Of a DNA stretch of 31,282 bases, positions 1-7,812 are shown piece after piece. This stretch comes from Gammaproteobacteria bacterium (GTDB taxonomy: Bacteria; Pseudomonadota; Gammaproteobacteria; CAJXQU01). The notes beneath the pieces are model-generated. The model ran no database searches. It was given only the letters and a program-made list of their open reading frames with translations, and had not been told where the DNA came from. The stretch is from positions 1-31,282 of the forward strand of contig JALSSM010000437.1 of the NCBI GenBank assembly GCA_026984275.1, given 5' to 3'. The number at the start of each line of letters is the position of its first letter. The first letter of the stretch is position 1. A program made the position numbers and the translations under genes.

Positions 1-248
1 TGTTTTTCAGAATTGCTGGCGTGAGTAAAATCAACACCCAGCAATTCCATCGTTCCACTGGTTGCTGTCAATAAACCCAACATGTGATTCAACAGGGTAC
101 TTTTGCCTGAGCCACTACCGCCCATGATCACAACAATTTCCCCCTGATAAACCGTCAGGTTCAAACCATCGAGAATTTTACGTTCCCCGTAATGAGTGAC
201 CAGATCACGAACCTGGATCATGGGTTTTCTGCTTGTCGTCTGCGCCAT
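1..248 (-). CDS. mlaF: ABC transporter ATP-binding protein, MlaF/Mkl-like (5' part only; runs off the left edge)
   Basis: Manual translation from ATG at 248 gives MAQTTSRKPMIQVRDLVTHYGERKILDGLNLTVYQGEIVVIMGGSGSGKSTLL..., with Walker A GGSGSGKST. Starts 2 nt after the mlaE stop. Not in the ORF track because it is truncated. Confidence 0.8.
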   Translation of the reverse strand, partial: MAQTTSRKPMIQVRDLVTHYGERKILDGLNLTVYQGEIVVIMGGSGSGKSTLLNHMLGLLTATSGTMELLGVDFTHASNSEK

Positions 249-250
249 GT

Positions 251-1045
251 TCATCGGTTCATAAAATAGGTGAAAATCATGTCCGCCAAAACGATATATG
301 AGATCGATAAAACAACCGATCGGGTTGTAGAGCGTCCGACCCCTTCAGCACCTCCTGTCACCAGAAAACCATTGCTAACACCAACCAGCGTAATGATCAC
401 GGCAAACACCACGCTTTTGACCAGCCCCTGAATCAAATCTCCGATTTCAAGAATCGAATAACAGGCATCCACATAAGCCTTAAAACTCATTCCCAATTCA
501 GCGACACAATAAAGCGCTCCACCAAATAGTCCCGCAAGATTGGAAAGAAAAGTCAGCGCTGGCAACATGATCAACATGGCAATTAAAACAGGAGAGACAA
601 GATAACGTACCGGATTGATACCCATTACGCGCAGAGCATCTATTTCCTGTGATACACGCATGGTACCAATCCGGGCAGCCAGAGCTGATCCGGTGCGTCC
701 TGCGACAAGAATACCCGTGATCAGCGGACCAAATTCTCTTACTACAGAAAGTGCGATACCCAGGACAACCTGCGTCTCAGCCCCAAATACCTTAAGTGTA
801 TGTATTCCCTGAATAGCCAGCATCATACCGACAGCAAAAGACAGGATGGCTATGATGGGCACTGCGGCAACACCAATTTGCATCATCTGATAAAAAATTG
901 ACGAGATTTTGACAGATTGTCGTTTGAATGGTCCGGCGAATATCCAGAAAATTGTTTCTGCCAGCAATATCGCTGCATAGCCGAATTCTTCGACGCCTTT
1001 AACAATGGTGCGTCCGAGTTGCTCTATGGCTAATAAAGGGTTCAT
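251..1045 (-). CDS. mlaE: MlaE/YrbE-family MCE ABC transporter permease
   Basis: 264 aa, multiple hydrophobic segments. Family motifs VREFGPLITGILVAGRTGSA, EIDALRVMGINP and GGAEGVGRSTTRSVV. No fused STAS domain. Confidence 0.9.
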   Translation of the reverse strand: MNPLLAIEQLGRTIVKGVEEFGYAAILLAETIFWIFAGPFKRQSVKISSIFYQMMQIGVAAVPIIAILSFAVGMMLAIQGIHTLKVFGAETQVVLGIALSVVREFGPLITGILVAGRTGSALAARIGTMRVSQEIDALRVMGINPVRYLVSPVLIAMLIMLPALTFLSNLAGLFGGALYCVAELGMSFKAYVDACYSILEIGDLIQGLVKSVVFAVIITLVGVSNGFLVTGGAEGVGRSTTRSVVLSISYIVLADMIFTYFMNR

Positions 1046-1057
1046 TAACGGGGGATT

Positions 1058-1501
1058 TTACATGAATCCAACAATACGTCGCACGCCATCCAGATAAGCC
1101 ACCTCATCAGGCATGGCTTGATCACGTTGTGCCCGCCATAACACTTCTCCCAGACATTCCATCATCCGGTGTTCGAGTGTATGCGGATCACCCAACCTTT
1201 CCAGCCCAATGTCATAAAGCTCCCGGATCCCGGCGGGGCGATCGGCACTGATCTGTTCCTGGATAGTGATATGTAATCCCATATGTAAAAAAGGATTGGA
1301 TTCACCCTGATCAGGATCAAAATCAACTTGCAGTGCAGCAGAACTATCTTCCAGCAGGTTATGATATTCCGGATGTTGGATAATGACGCCCGCAATCAAA
1401 CTTTCAAGCGGCTGTAAAATACTTCCTGCATTGTACTTTCTCCAGACTTCAATAAAAAAACGTCTTGAGTTCTCTCTCTCCTGCTCAGTATTACCGGACA
1501 T
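1058..1501 (-). CDS. DUF1841 family protein
   Basis: 147 aa with RRFFIEVWRK, HPEYH, NPFLHMGLHITIQEQISADRPAGI and MECLGEVLWRAQR, recalled as DUF1841 hallmarks. Confidence 0.8.
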   Translation of the reverse strand: MSGNTEQERENSRRFFIEVWRKYNAGSILQPLESLIAGVIIQHPEYHNLLEDSSAALQVDFDPDQGESNPFLHMGLHITIQEQISADRPAGIRELYDIGLERLGDPHTLEHRMMECLGEVLWRAQRDQAMPDEVAYLDGVRRIVGFM

Positions 1502-1503
1502 AA

Positions 1504-2154
1504 CTAACCTTTCTCTTTCAGATCATCAGATCCTGACTTTTGGCGACTATCGATAGATTCCGATGTCGTAAAATTCTCTCTGGGCACTGAATCCTTGTAC
1601 ATCAATGACTTCCACCAACGCCCCGGAATGGTACGTAGTTCAGTATTATATTTTTCAACCGCCTCAATATAATCACGTCTCGCCACAGAAATACGACCTT
1701 CGATACCCTCCAGCTGTGATTTTAAGGCCATAAAATTCTGATCGGACTTTAATTCAGGATAGTTTTCGGCCACGACCATCAATCTTGATAAAGCACTGGA
1801 GATTCTGTCCTGACTCTTCTGGAATTTTTTGAATGCTTCAGAATTGGTCAGGATATTGCCGGGCAACTTAAAACGGTTGGCTTTATTCCGTGCCTCCACC
1901 ACTTGCTTGAGAACTTCTTTCTCCTTCTTTGCAAAGTCCTTGACTGTGTTCACCAGCTTAGGAATAAGATCAGTACGCCTTTTATATTGATTGATTACCT
2001 GACTCCAGGCAGTATCTACCGCCTCTTCATAAGCAGGGATATTGTTGACACTGCAGCCAGTTAATGAAAAAACTACCACACTCAGAAATAGATATGAGAT
2101 CAATACCACGATCATTTCTGAAACTGAACGTTTCAATTGATACAATGGTGCCAT
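1504..2154 (-). CDS. lemA: LemA family protein, predicted lipoprotein
   Basis: Motifs AWSQVINQYKRRTDLIPKLVNTVK, ENYPELKSDQNF and QLEGIEGRISVARRDY. Hydrophobic N-terminus ends in lipobox LTGC. RBS AAGGGG lies 7 nt upstream of ATG 2154. Confidence 0.9.
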   Translation of the reverse strand: MAPLYQLKRSVSEMIVVLISYLFLSVVVFSLTGCSVNNIPAYEEAVDTAWSQVINQYKRRTDLIPKLVNTVKDFAKKEKEVLKQVVEARNKANRFKLPGNILTNSEAFKKFQKSQDRISSALSRLMVVAENYPELKSDQNFMALKSQLEGIEGRISVARRDYIEAVEKYNTELRTIPGRWWKSLMYKDSVPRENFTTSESIDSRQKSGSDDLKEKG

Positions 2155-2177
2155 TTAATTACCCCTTGTTTTATCAC

Positions 2178-2221
2178 GATCATGAGAGACCCATGATCCA
2201 TAAATTGGACTGCAGTTTCAA
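2178..2221 (-). promoter_or_regulatory. Candidate sigma70 promoter for lemA overlapping a 7-7-7 inverted repeat
   Basis: Minus strand TTGAAA (2221-2216), 17-nt spacer, GATCAT (2198-2193). Inverted repeat GATCATG-N7-CATGATC at 2178-2198. Confidence 0.35.
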
Positions 2222-2235
2222 CCTGTAAAAAATTC

Positions 2236-3081
2236 ATGCTTACCGTCGAAGATCATAGCCGCGACAGTGCCGGTCTGACTTATGTTTACCCTGTGCTTTC
2301 ACGCAGAGCCGGAGGACTTTCAGTCGGCATCAACCTTAACCCCAATAATAAATGTAACTGGCGTTGCATCTATTGTCAGGTATCCGATCTGTCACGTGGC
2401 TCCGCACCGGAAATTGATCTGGAAAAACTGTCTGGTGAATTACGTCAATTTCTACAGGATGTTTTACAGGGGGATTTTTTTGAGCGTCAGAATATTGAAC
2501 CTGATCTGCGAACCATCAAAGACATTGCCTTGTCGGGAAATGGAGAACCCACCAGTTCGGCCGAGTTTGATAAAATCATTATTTTACTCAGCAAGATTAT
2601 GCAGGAATTTGATCTACGTGATCAGATCAAACTGGTGCTGATCACCAACGGCAGCTTCATTCAGCGACCCGATGTTCAAAAAGGATTACAAAACATGTCT
2701 GAACTCAATGGTGAGATCTGGTTCAAGCTAGATAGCGCAACTGAACAGGGCATGAAGAGAATTAATAACGTCAACCGAACCATGAACAGCGTTATGGCAA
2801 ACCTCGATCGTGCCTGTCGCTTATGCCCTACCTGGTTACAAACCTGTGTTTTTCAACAAAATGGTTATCCCCCTTCTGATGAGGAACAAACGGCCTACCT
2901 TAACTTTATTCAACAACTTCTTAAAAACAACACGCCACTTAAAGGTATCCTTCTATACGGACTGGCTCGTCCTTCTATGCAACCAGAAGCCACTGATCTG
3001 ACAGCACTCAGTCCTGACTGGTTGGAAAATTACGCCGACCGGATCAGACAATTATCCCTGCCCGTAAAAATCAGCACCTGA
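2236..3081 (+). CDS. Radical SAM protein of unknown function (COG0731/TYW1-like bacterial group)
   Basis: 281 aa. CxxxCxxC motif CNWRCIYC, preceded by YVYPVLSRRAGGLSVGINL. GGE-like motif SGNGEPT and ITNGS. No C-terminal SPASM/Twitch Cys array. Confidence 0.85.
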   Translation: MLTVEDHSRDSAGLTYVYPVLSRRAGGLSVGINLNPNNKCNWRCIYCQVSDLSRGSAPEIDLEKLSGELRQFLQDVLQGDFFERQNIEPDLRTIKDIALSGNGEPTSSAEFDKIIILLSKIMQEFDLRDQIKLVLITNGSFIQRPDVQKGLQNMSELNGEIWFKLDSATEQGMKRINNVNRTMNSVMANLDRACRLCPTWLQTCVFQQNGYPPSDEEQTAYLNFIQQLLKNNTPLKGILLYGLARPSMQPEATDLTALSPDWLENYADRIRQLSLPVKIST

Positions 3082-3100
3082 CTTTCACACCTTGCTCTTT

Positions 3101-3117
3101 CTGGAATGATACTTGCT
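3101..3117 (+). promoter_or_regulatory. Candidate sigma54 (-24/-12) promoter facing pilB
   Basis: CTGGAATGATACTTGCT compared with consensus YTGGCACGNNNNTTGCW. Exact GG-N10-GC spacing (GG 3103-3104, GC 3115-3116), intergenic position. Confidence 0.5.
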
Positions 3118-3279
3118 GTTGAATTCTTGAAGAGCTCTTAAGTAATTCTGCCTTCTGTCGCTATTGTTACAGAGGCTTCACTTAATTAATGATAATACAC
3201 CGTTAGTTGTAGGGGGCTATGGACACGGTATTTTATTGATTTTACATGTTTTTTATTGGGAATAAGAAGTTAAGGGAAT

Positions 3280-4995
3280 ATGGCGGTAACTAAAAATAAA
3301 ATTAATCTTGGCGGCCTTGCCAGAAAGCTGATCCTGGAAAATATCCTCGATGAGGATAAGGCTCAGAAAGCTCACCAGAAAGCATTGGCTGAGAATAGGC
3401 CTTTTGTTGCTTATCTGGTAGAGAATCAAATCGCCAATGATAAGGATATTGCTAAAGCAGCCTCTGAAGAATTTGGTGTGCCACTGCTTGATCTTTCTGC
3501 CATAGAAATTGATGAAGAAGTTACTTCTCTGGTCGCCAGTGATCTCATCGAAAAACACCATGTGTTACCCATTTTCAAACGTGGCAATCGTGTCTTTATT
3601 GCCGGCTCTGACCCAACTAATATCCATGCGCTGGACGAAATAAAATTCCATGTCGGTGCCAATACCGAAATGGTCGTGGTCGAAGAGAAAAAACTGGCCA
3701 AGTTAATTGAGCAAGTTCTTGATGATTCAGGATCGGTTTTTGGTGATATGAATGAGGCTGATCTGGCCGATCTGGACAATCTCGAAGTGGCAGATGAGTC
3801 TAATCGAGATGAGGCTGACTCTGATGTCGACGATGCCCCTGTTGTTCGATTTATTAACAAGATGCTCATGGACGCGATTAAAAAAGGGGCATCTGATCTT
3901 CACTTTGAACCTTACGAAAAAACCTATCGTGTGCGCTTCCGGATTGACGGGGTTCTGCATGAGATTTCAAAACCACCGATCAGCCTTGCCGGTAAAATCG
4001 GAGCCCGAATTAAAGTGATGTCGAGACTGGACGTTTCCGAACGCCGTGTGCCACAGGATGGACGAATCAAGCTTAAGATCTCGAAAAATAAAGCGATTGA
4101 TTTCCGTGTCAGTACTTGCCCTACATTGTATGGTGAAAAAGCTGTTTTACGTATCCTGGACTCCGATAGTGCGAAACTGGGCATTGATGTTCTGGGCTAC
4201 GAAGATTTCCAAAAAGAAATATTCCTTGAAAACTTACAAAAACCGTATGGTATGTTCCTGGTTACAGGACCAACGGGTAGTGGTAAAACAGTCTCGCTTT
4301 ATACCGGCATCAATATTCTCAACACAGAAGATGTCAATATTTCCACAGCAGAAGATCCAGTAGAAATAAATTTACCCGGCGTCAACCAGGTTCAGGTTGA
4401 TGAGAAAACCGGCATGACCTTTCCCAAGGCACTTAAAGCCTTTTTACGGCAGGATCCTGACATCATTCTGGTGGGTGAAATTCGTGATCTGGAAACGGGC
4501 AGTATCGCAGTAAAGGCTGCGCAAACAGGTCACATGGTGATGTCAACGCTGCACACGAATGATGCGCCACAAACGCTAACGCGCTTAAAAGATATGGGCA
4601 TACCCCCTTTTGCTGTTGCGACAACAATTAATGTGATCGTAGCTCAACGGCTGGCCAGACGACTATGCCCACATTGTAAGCAGCCGATGAATATTCCAAA
4701 AGATGCCCTGATCTCTGAAGGCTTTTCCGAACAGGCTGTTGATGAAGGATTCACGCTTTATGAAGCAACCGGTTGTGATCAATGCAGCAATGGTTATAAG
4801 GGTAGAACCGGTATTTATCAAGTTATGCCGATATCGGACGCTATGAAGAGATTAATCATGGATGAATCGAATTCTGTTGTTCTGGCTGATCAGGCCAAGA
4901 AAGAGAAAATACCGGACATCCGCGAATCCGGGCTGAAAAAGGTTCAGGATGGTATCACCAGTTTGAAAGAAATTAACCGAGTGACTGTGGAATAA
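3280..4995 (+). CDS. pilB: Type IV pilus assembly ATPase PilB
   Basis: 571 aa. ASDLHFEP, RRVPQDGR, Walker A GPTGSGKT, TAEDPVE, LRQDPDIILVGEIRD, His box TGHMVMSTLHTN, tetra-Cys CPHC...CDQC. Confidence 0.97.
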   Translation: MAVTKNKINLGGLARKLILENILDEDKAQKAHQKALAENRPFVAYLVENQIANDKDIAKAASEEFGVPLLDLSAIEIDEEVTSLVASDLIEKHHVLPIFKRGNRVFIAGSDPTNIHALDEIKFHVGANTEMVVVEEKKLAKLIEQVLDDSGSVFGDMNEADLADLDNLEVADESNRDEADSDVDDAPVVRFINKMLMDAIKKGASDLHFEPYEKTYRVRFRIDGVLHEISKPPISLAGKIGARIKVMSRLDVSERRVPQDGRIKLKISKNKAIDFRVSTCPTLYGEKAVLRILDSDSAKLGIDVLGYEDFQKEIFLENLQKPYGMFLVTGPTGSGKTVSLYTGINILNTEDVNISTAEDPVEINLPGVNQVQVDEKTGMTFPKALKAFLRQDPDIILVGEIRDLETGSIAVKAAQTGHMVMSTLHTNDAPQTLTRLKDMGIPPFAVATTINVIVAQRLARRLCPHCKQPMNIPKDALISEGFSEQAVDEGFTLYEATGCDQCSNGYKGRTGIYQVMPISDAMKRLIMDESNSVVLADQAKKEKIPDIRESGLKKVQDGITSLKEINRVTVE

Positions 4996-5013
4996 TTTTA
5001 GTAGGGAAAAGAT

Positions 5014-6234
5014 ATGGCTACAGATGCAGTAAAACAATTTACATTTACCTGGGAAGGTATGGACAAAAATGGCCGACGTGTCAAAGGTGAAATGAATGGC
5101 ACCAGTGTCTCGCTGATTAATGCAACATTAAGACGTCAGGGCGTCAATCCTCTGAAGGTCAGGAAAAAGGCCAAGCCTTTGTTCCAGAAAAGTGCGAAGA
5201 AAATTGTCACCAAAGACATTGCTATTTTCAGTCGCCAACTGGCGACGATGATGGCATCCGGTGTACCCCTGGTTCAATCGATCGATATTGCGGGGCGTGG
5301 TCATTCTAATGCGAACATGCAGGAACTGTTAATGACGATCAAGGGTGATGTCGAAGCGGGTGGAACTTTGACCGAAGCACTCGCCAAACATCCTCTGCAT
5401 TTTAACGAGCTATACGTCAACCTGATTGGGGCTGGTGAACAGTCCGGTAATCTCGAGCACATGCTAAACGAAATTGCTGATTACCAGGAAAAGACCGAAG
5501 CCTTAAAATCCAAGATCAAATCAGCCCTGTTCTATCCGACAGCGGTGATTGTCGTGGCAGCGATTATTGTCACCATTTTGATGATTTTTGTCATCCCGCA
5601 GTTCCAGGAACTCTTTAGTGGGTTTGGTGCCGATCTGCCTGCGTTGACCCAAATGGTCGTCAATATGTCAAATTTCTTTGTTGCTAAATGGTACATCATG
5701 TTTGGGGCTATCGGTGCCATCATCTTTGGTATTCTTCAGGCCAAGAAGCGATCACTCAAATTTGCCCATTTTCTGGATCGCGCCTCTCTGAAACTACCCG
5801 TCATCGGTGATATTCTGGAAAAATCTGCCATTGCCCGATTCTCCAGAACACTTTCAACCATGTTCGCGGCAGGTACGCCGCTGGTAGAAGCTATGGAATC
5901 TGTCGCCGGTGCCTGTGGCAACATCCTGTTCTATGATGCCACCATGAAAATGCGTGATGAAGTAGCCACCGGTACACAATTACAAACCGCCATGAAAGAT
6001 TCAGAATTATTCCCGAACATGGTGATCCAGATGGTTGCTATCGGTGAAGAATCAGGCTCGGTTGATCACATGCTGGGGAAGGTAGCCGACTGGTATGAGC
6101 AGGAAGTTGATGATGCGGTTGAAGCTCTGACCAGTCTTCTTGAACCGATCATCATGGCCTTTCTGGGCGTTGTTATCGGTGGTCTGGTTATCGCGATGTA
6201 CCTACCGATCTTCAAAATGGGTCAGGTGGTATAA
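5014..6234 (+). CDS. pilC: Type IV pilus inner-membrane platform protein PilC (T2SSF family)
   Basis: 406 aa. FSRQLATMMASGVPLVQS, GEQSGNL, IGEESGS, LLEPIIM...MYLPIF. Lies between pilB and pilD. Confidence 0.96.
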   Translation: MATDAVKQFTFTWEGMDKNGRRVKGEMNGTSVSLINATLRRQGVNPLKVRKKAKPLFQKSAKKIVTKDIAIFSRQLATMMASGVPLVQSIDIAGRGHSNANMQELLMTIKGDVEAGGTLTEALAKHPLHFNELYVNLIGAGEQSGNLEHMLNEIADYQEKTEALKSKIKSALFYPTAVIVVAAIIVTILMIFVIPQFQELFSGFGADLPALTQMVVNMSNFFVAKWYIMFGAIGAIIFGILQAKKRSLKFAHFLDRASLKLPVIGDILEKSAIARFSRTLSTMFAAGTPLVEAMESVAGACGNILFYDATMKMRDEVATGTQLQTAMKDSELFPNMVIQMVAIGEESGSVDHMLGKVADWYEQEVDDAVEALTSLLEPIIMAFLGVVIGGLVIAMYLPIFKMGQVV

Positions 6235-6247
6235 ACGATTGATTCTT

Positions 6248-6269
6248 CCCATGCCCGTTTGGGCATGGG
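6248..6269 (+). terminator. GC-rich hairpin after pilC (possible terminator or mRNA stabiliser; no U-tract)
   Basis: CCCATGCCC-GTTT-GGGCATGGG, a perfect 9-bp stem 13 nt after the pilC stop. Confidence 0.5.
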
Positions 6270-6289
6270 TATCAGCCTGATAACTACGA

Positions 6290-6295
6290 TATAAT
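6290..6295 (+). promoter_or_regulatory. Perfect -10 hexamer placed for a leaderless pilD transcript
   Basis: TATAAT at 6290-6295 predicts +1 at 6302, the A of the pilD ATG. No SD-like sequence upstream. No good -35. Confidence 0.4.
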
Positions 6296-6301
6296 TTCTA
6301 A

Positions 6302-7177
6302 ATGTCATTCGTTACTTTTTTTCAGACTAATCCCATCATTTTTATTCTTGTTGCCGGAATCATCGGTCTGCTTGTCGGTAGTTTCCTGAACGTCGTTATC
6401 TACCGCCTGCCGATCATGATGGAACGCGAGTGGAAATCACAATGTCGCGAATTATTGGAACTGGAATGTCCAGCAGACGAAGACTCCGAAGTGACTTTTA
6501 CCCTTTCACAACCACGTTCAAAATGTCCAAAGTGTGATCATGCCATCACTGCGTTGGAAAATATCCCAGTGATCAGTTACCTGATCCAGGGTGGTAAATG
6601 CAAAGGTTGTGGTGATCGGATCTCTCCTCGTTATCCCATGGTTGAACTCCTGACAGCAATTTTGACCGCTGTAGTGGCCTGGCGATTTGGTTTTGGCTGG
6701 CCTGCCTTTGGTGGGATTTTACTCACCTGGGCTCTGATTGCCCTCAGCGGCATTGATTTCGATACACAACTACTTCCTGACTCCATCACCTTGCCATTCT
6801 TATGGTTGGGAATAGGATTCAACCTGTTTGGAACATTTACCGATCTGCAATCCAGTGTGATTGGGGCCATGGCTGGTTATCTGGCTCTCTGGTCTGTCTA
6901 CTGGTTATTCAAAATTGTCACTGGCAAAGAAGGCATGGGCTTCGGTGATTTTAAATTACTGGCACTTATTGGTACCTGGCTGGGATGGAAGATCCTGCCA
7001 CTGACGATCATTCTTTCATCCCTGGCTGGCGCTGTCATCGGTATTTGTTTGATCCTGTTTAAGTCTCATGGCCGTGAAGTACCTATTCCTTTTGGACCCT
7101 ATCTTGCGATCGCCGGGTGGATTGCTTTATGCTGGGGACAAGATATAACTGATTTGTACTTAAGGACGCTCCATTAG
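6302..7177 (+). CDS. pilD: Prepilin peptidase / N-methyltransferase PilD
   Basis: 291 aa. GSFLNVVIYRLP, two CxxC pairs (CPKC, CKGC), catalytic Asp motifs IDFDTQLLPD and GMGFGDFKL, C-terminal PFGPYL. Confidence 0.97.
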   Translation: MSFVTFFQTNPIIFILVAGIIGLLVGSFLNVVIYRLPIMMEREWKSQCRELLELECPADEDSEVTFTLSQPRSKCPKCDHAITALENIPVISYLIQGGKCKGCGDRISPRYPMVELLTAILTAVVAWRFGFGWPAFGGILLTWALIALSGIDFDTQLLPDSITLPFLWLGIGFNLFGTFTDLQSSVIGAMAGYLALWSVYWLFKIVTGKEGMGFGDFKLLALIGTWLGWKILPLTIILSSLAGAVIGICLILFKSHGREVPIPFGPYLAIAGWIALCWGQDITDLYLRTLH

Positions 7178-7812
7178 TGACTCAAACAAGCTCCCACCCT
7201 TTAAGAATAGGACTTACAGGTGGGATAGGCTGCGGTAAAACAACCGTTTGTCATCTATTTGAAGAGCTTGGGATCACCATTATTGATGCCGATATTGTTG
7301 CCCGGGAAATCGTTCAGCCAGACGAGATCGCCCTCCTGGAAATCGTTTCAGCTTTTGGACCAGACATTCTCTCTGAAAACCGTGAAATCGATCGCAAAAA
7401 GTTGCGTGAGCTGGTGTTTGATCATCCAGAAAAACTTCAACAACTGGAAAAAATCACTCATCCCCGTATCATTAGCAGTATGCGTTCTCAAGTCAGTCAG
7501 GCAACATCACCCTATTGCATCCTGTGCATACCGCTCTTGTTTGAAAAAAATTTGCGAGCAGAGGTTGATCGCGTTCTGGTCGTCGATTTACCGACTGACG
7601 TACAAAAACAACGGGTTGCCAGTCGAGATGGAATTAACCTGGCTCAGGTAGAAGCCATCATGAAGCATCAGCTTGGCCGAAAACAACGCTTGTCACTGGC
7701 CGATGATGAGATTACCAATAGTGGCTCAGTTTTCGATCTGCAACCTCAGGTTATGCACCTTCACCAACAATACCTGAAGCTGGCTGAAAAAGACGACATG
7801 GGTAGCTTATGA
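7177..7812 (+). CDS. coaE: Dephospho-CoA kinase
   Basis: GLTGGIGCGKTTV P-loop, IDADIVAR, IPLLFE, ITNSG. GTG start overlaps the pilD stop by 1 nt. Confidence 0.95.
   Translation: MTQTSSHPLRIGLTGGIGCGKTTVCHLFEELGITIIDADIVAREIVQPDEIALLEIVSAFGPDILSENREIDRKKLRELVFDHPEKLQQLEKITHPRIISSMRSQVSQATSPYCILCIPLLFEKNLRAEVDRVLVVDLPTDVQKQRVASRDGINLAQVEAIMKHQLGRKQRLSLADDEITNSGSVFDLQPQVMHLHQQYLKLAEKDDMGSL

Noticed and set aside
3082-3279. Possible small pilin (pilA) or remnant upstream of pilB
   Set aside because: The gap is 198 nt and AT-rich, and I saw no G|FTLIE-type class III signal on either strand.
3280-3400. MshEN c-di-GMP-binding motif at the PilB N-terminus
   Set aside because: GGLARKLILENILDEDKAQKAHQKA lacks the RLG and the conserved G and Q of the MshEN consensus. 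It resembles ordinary non-binding PilB N-termini.
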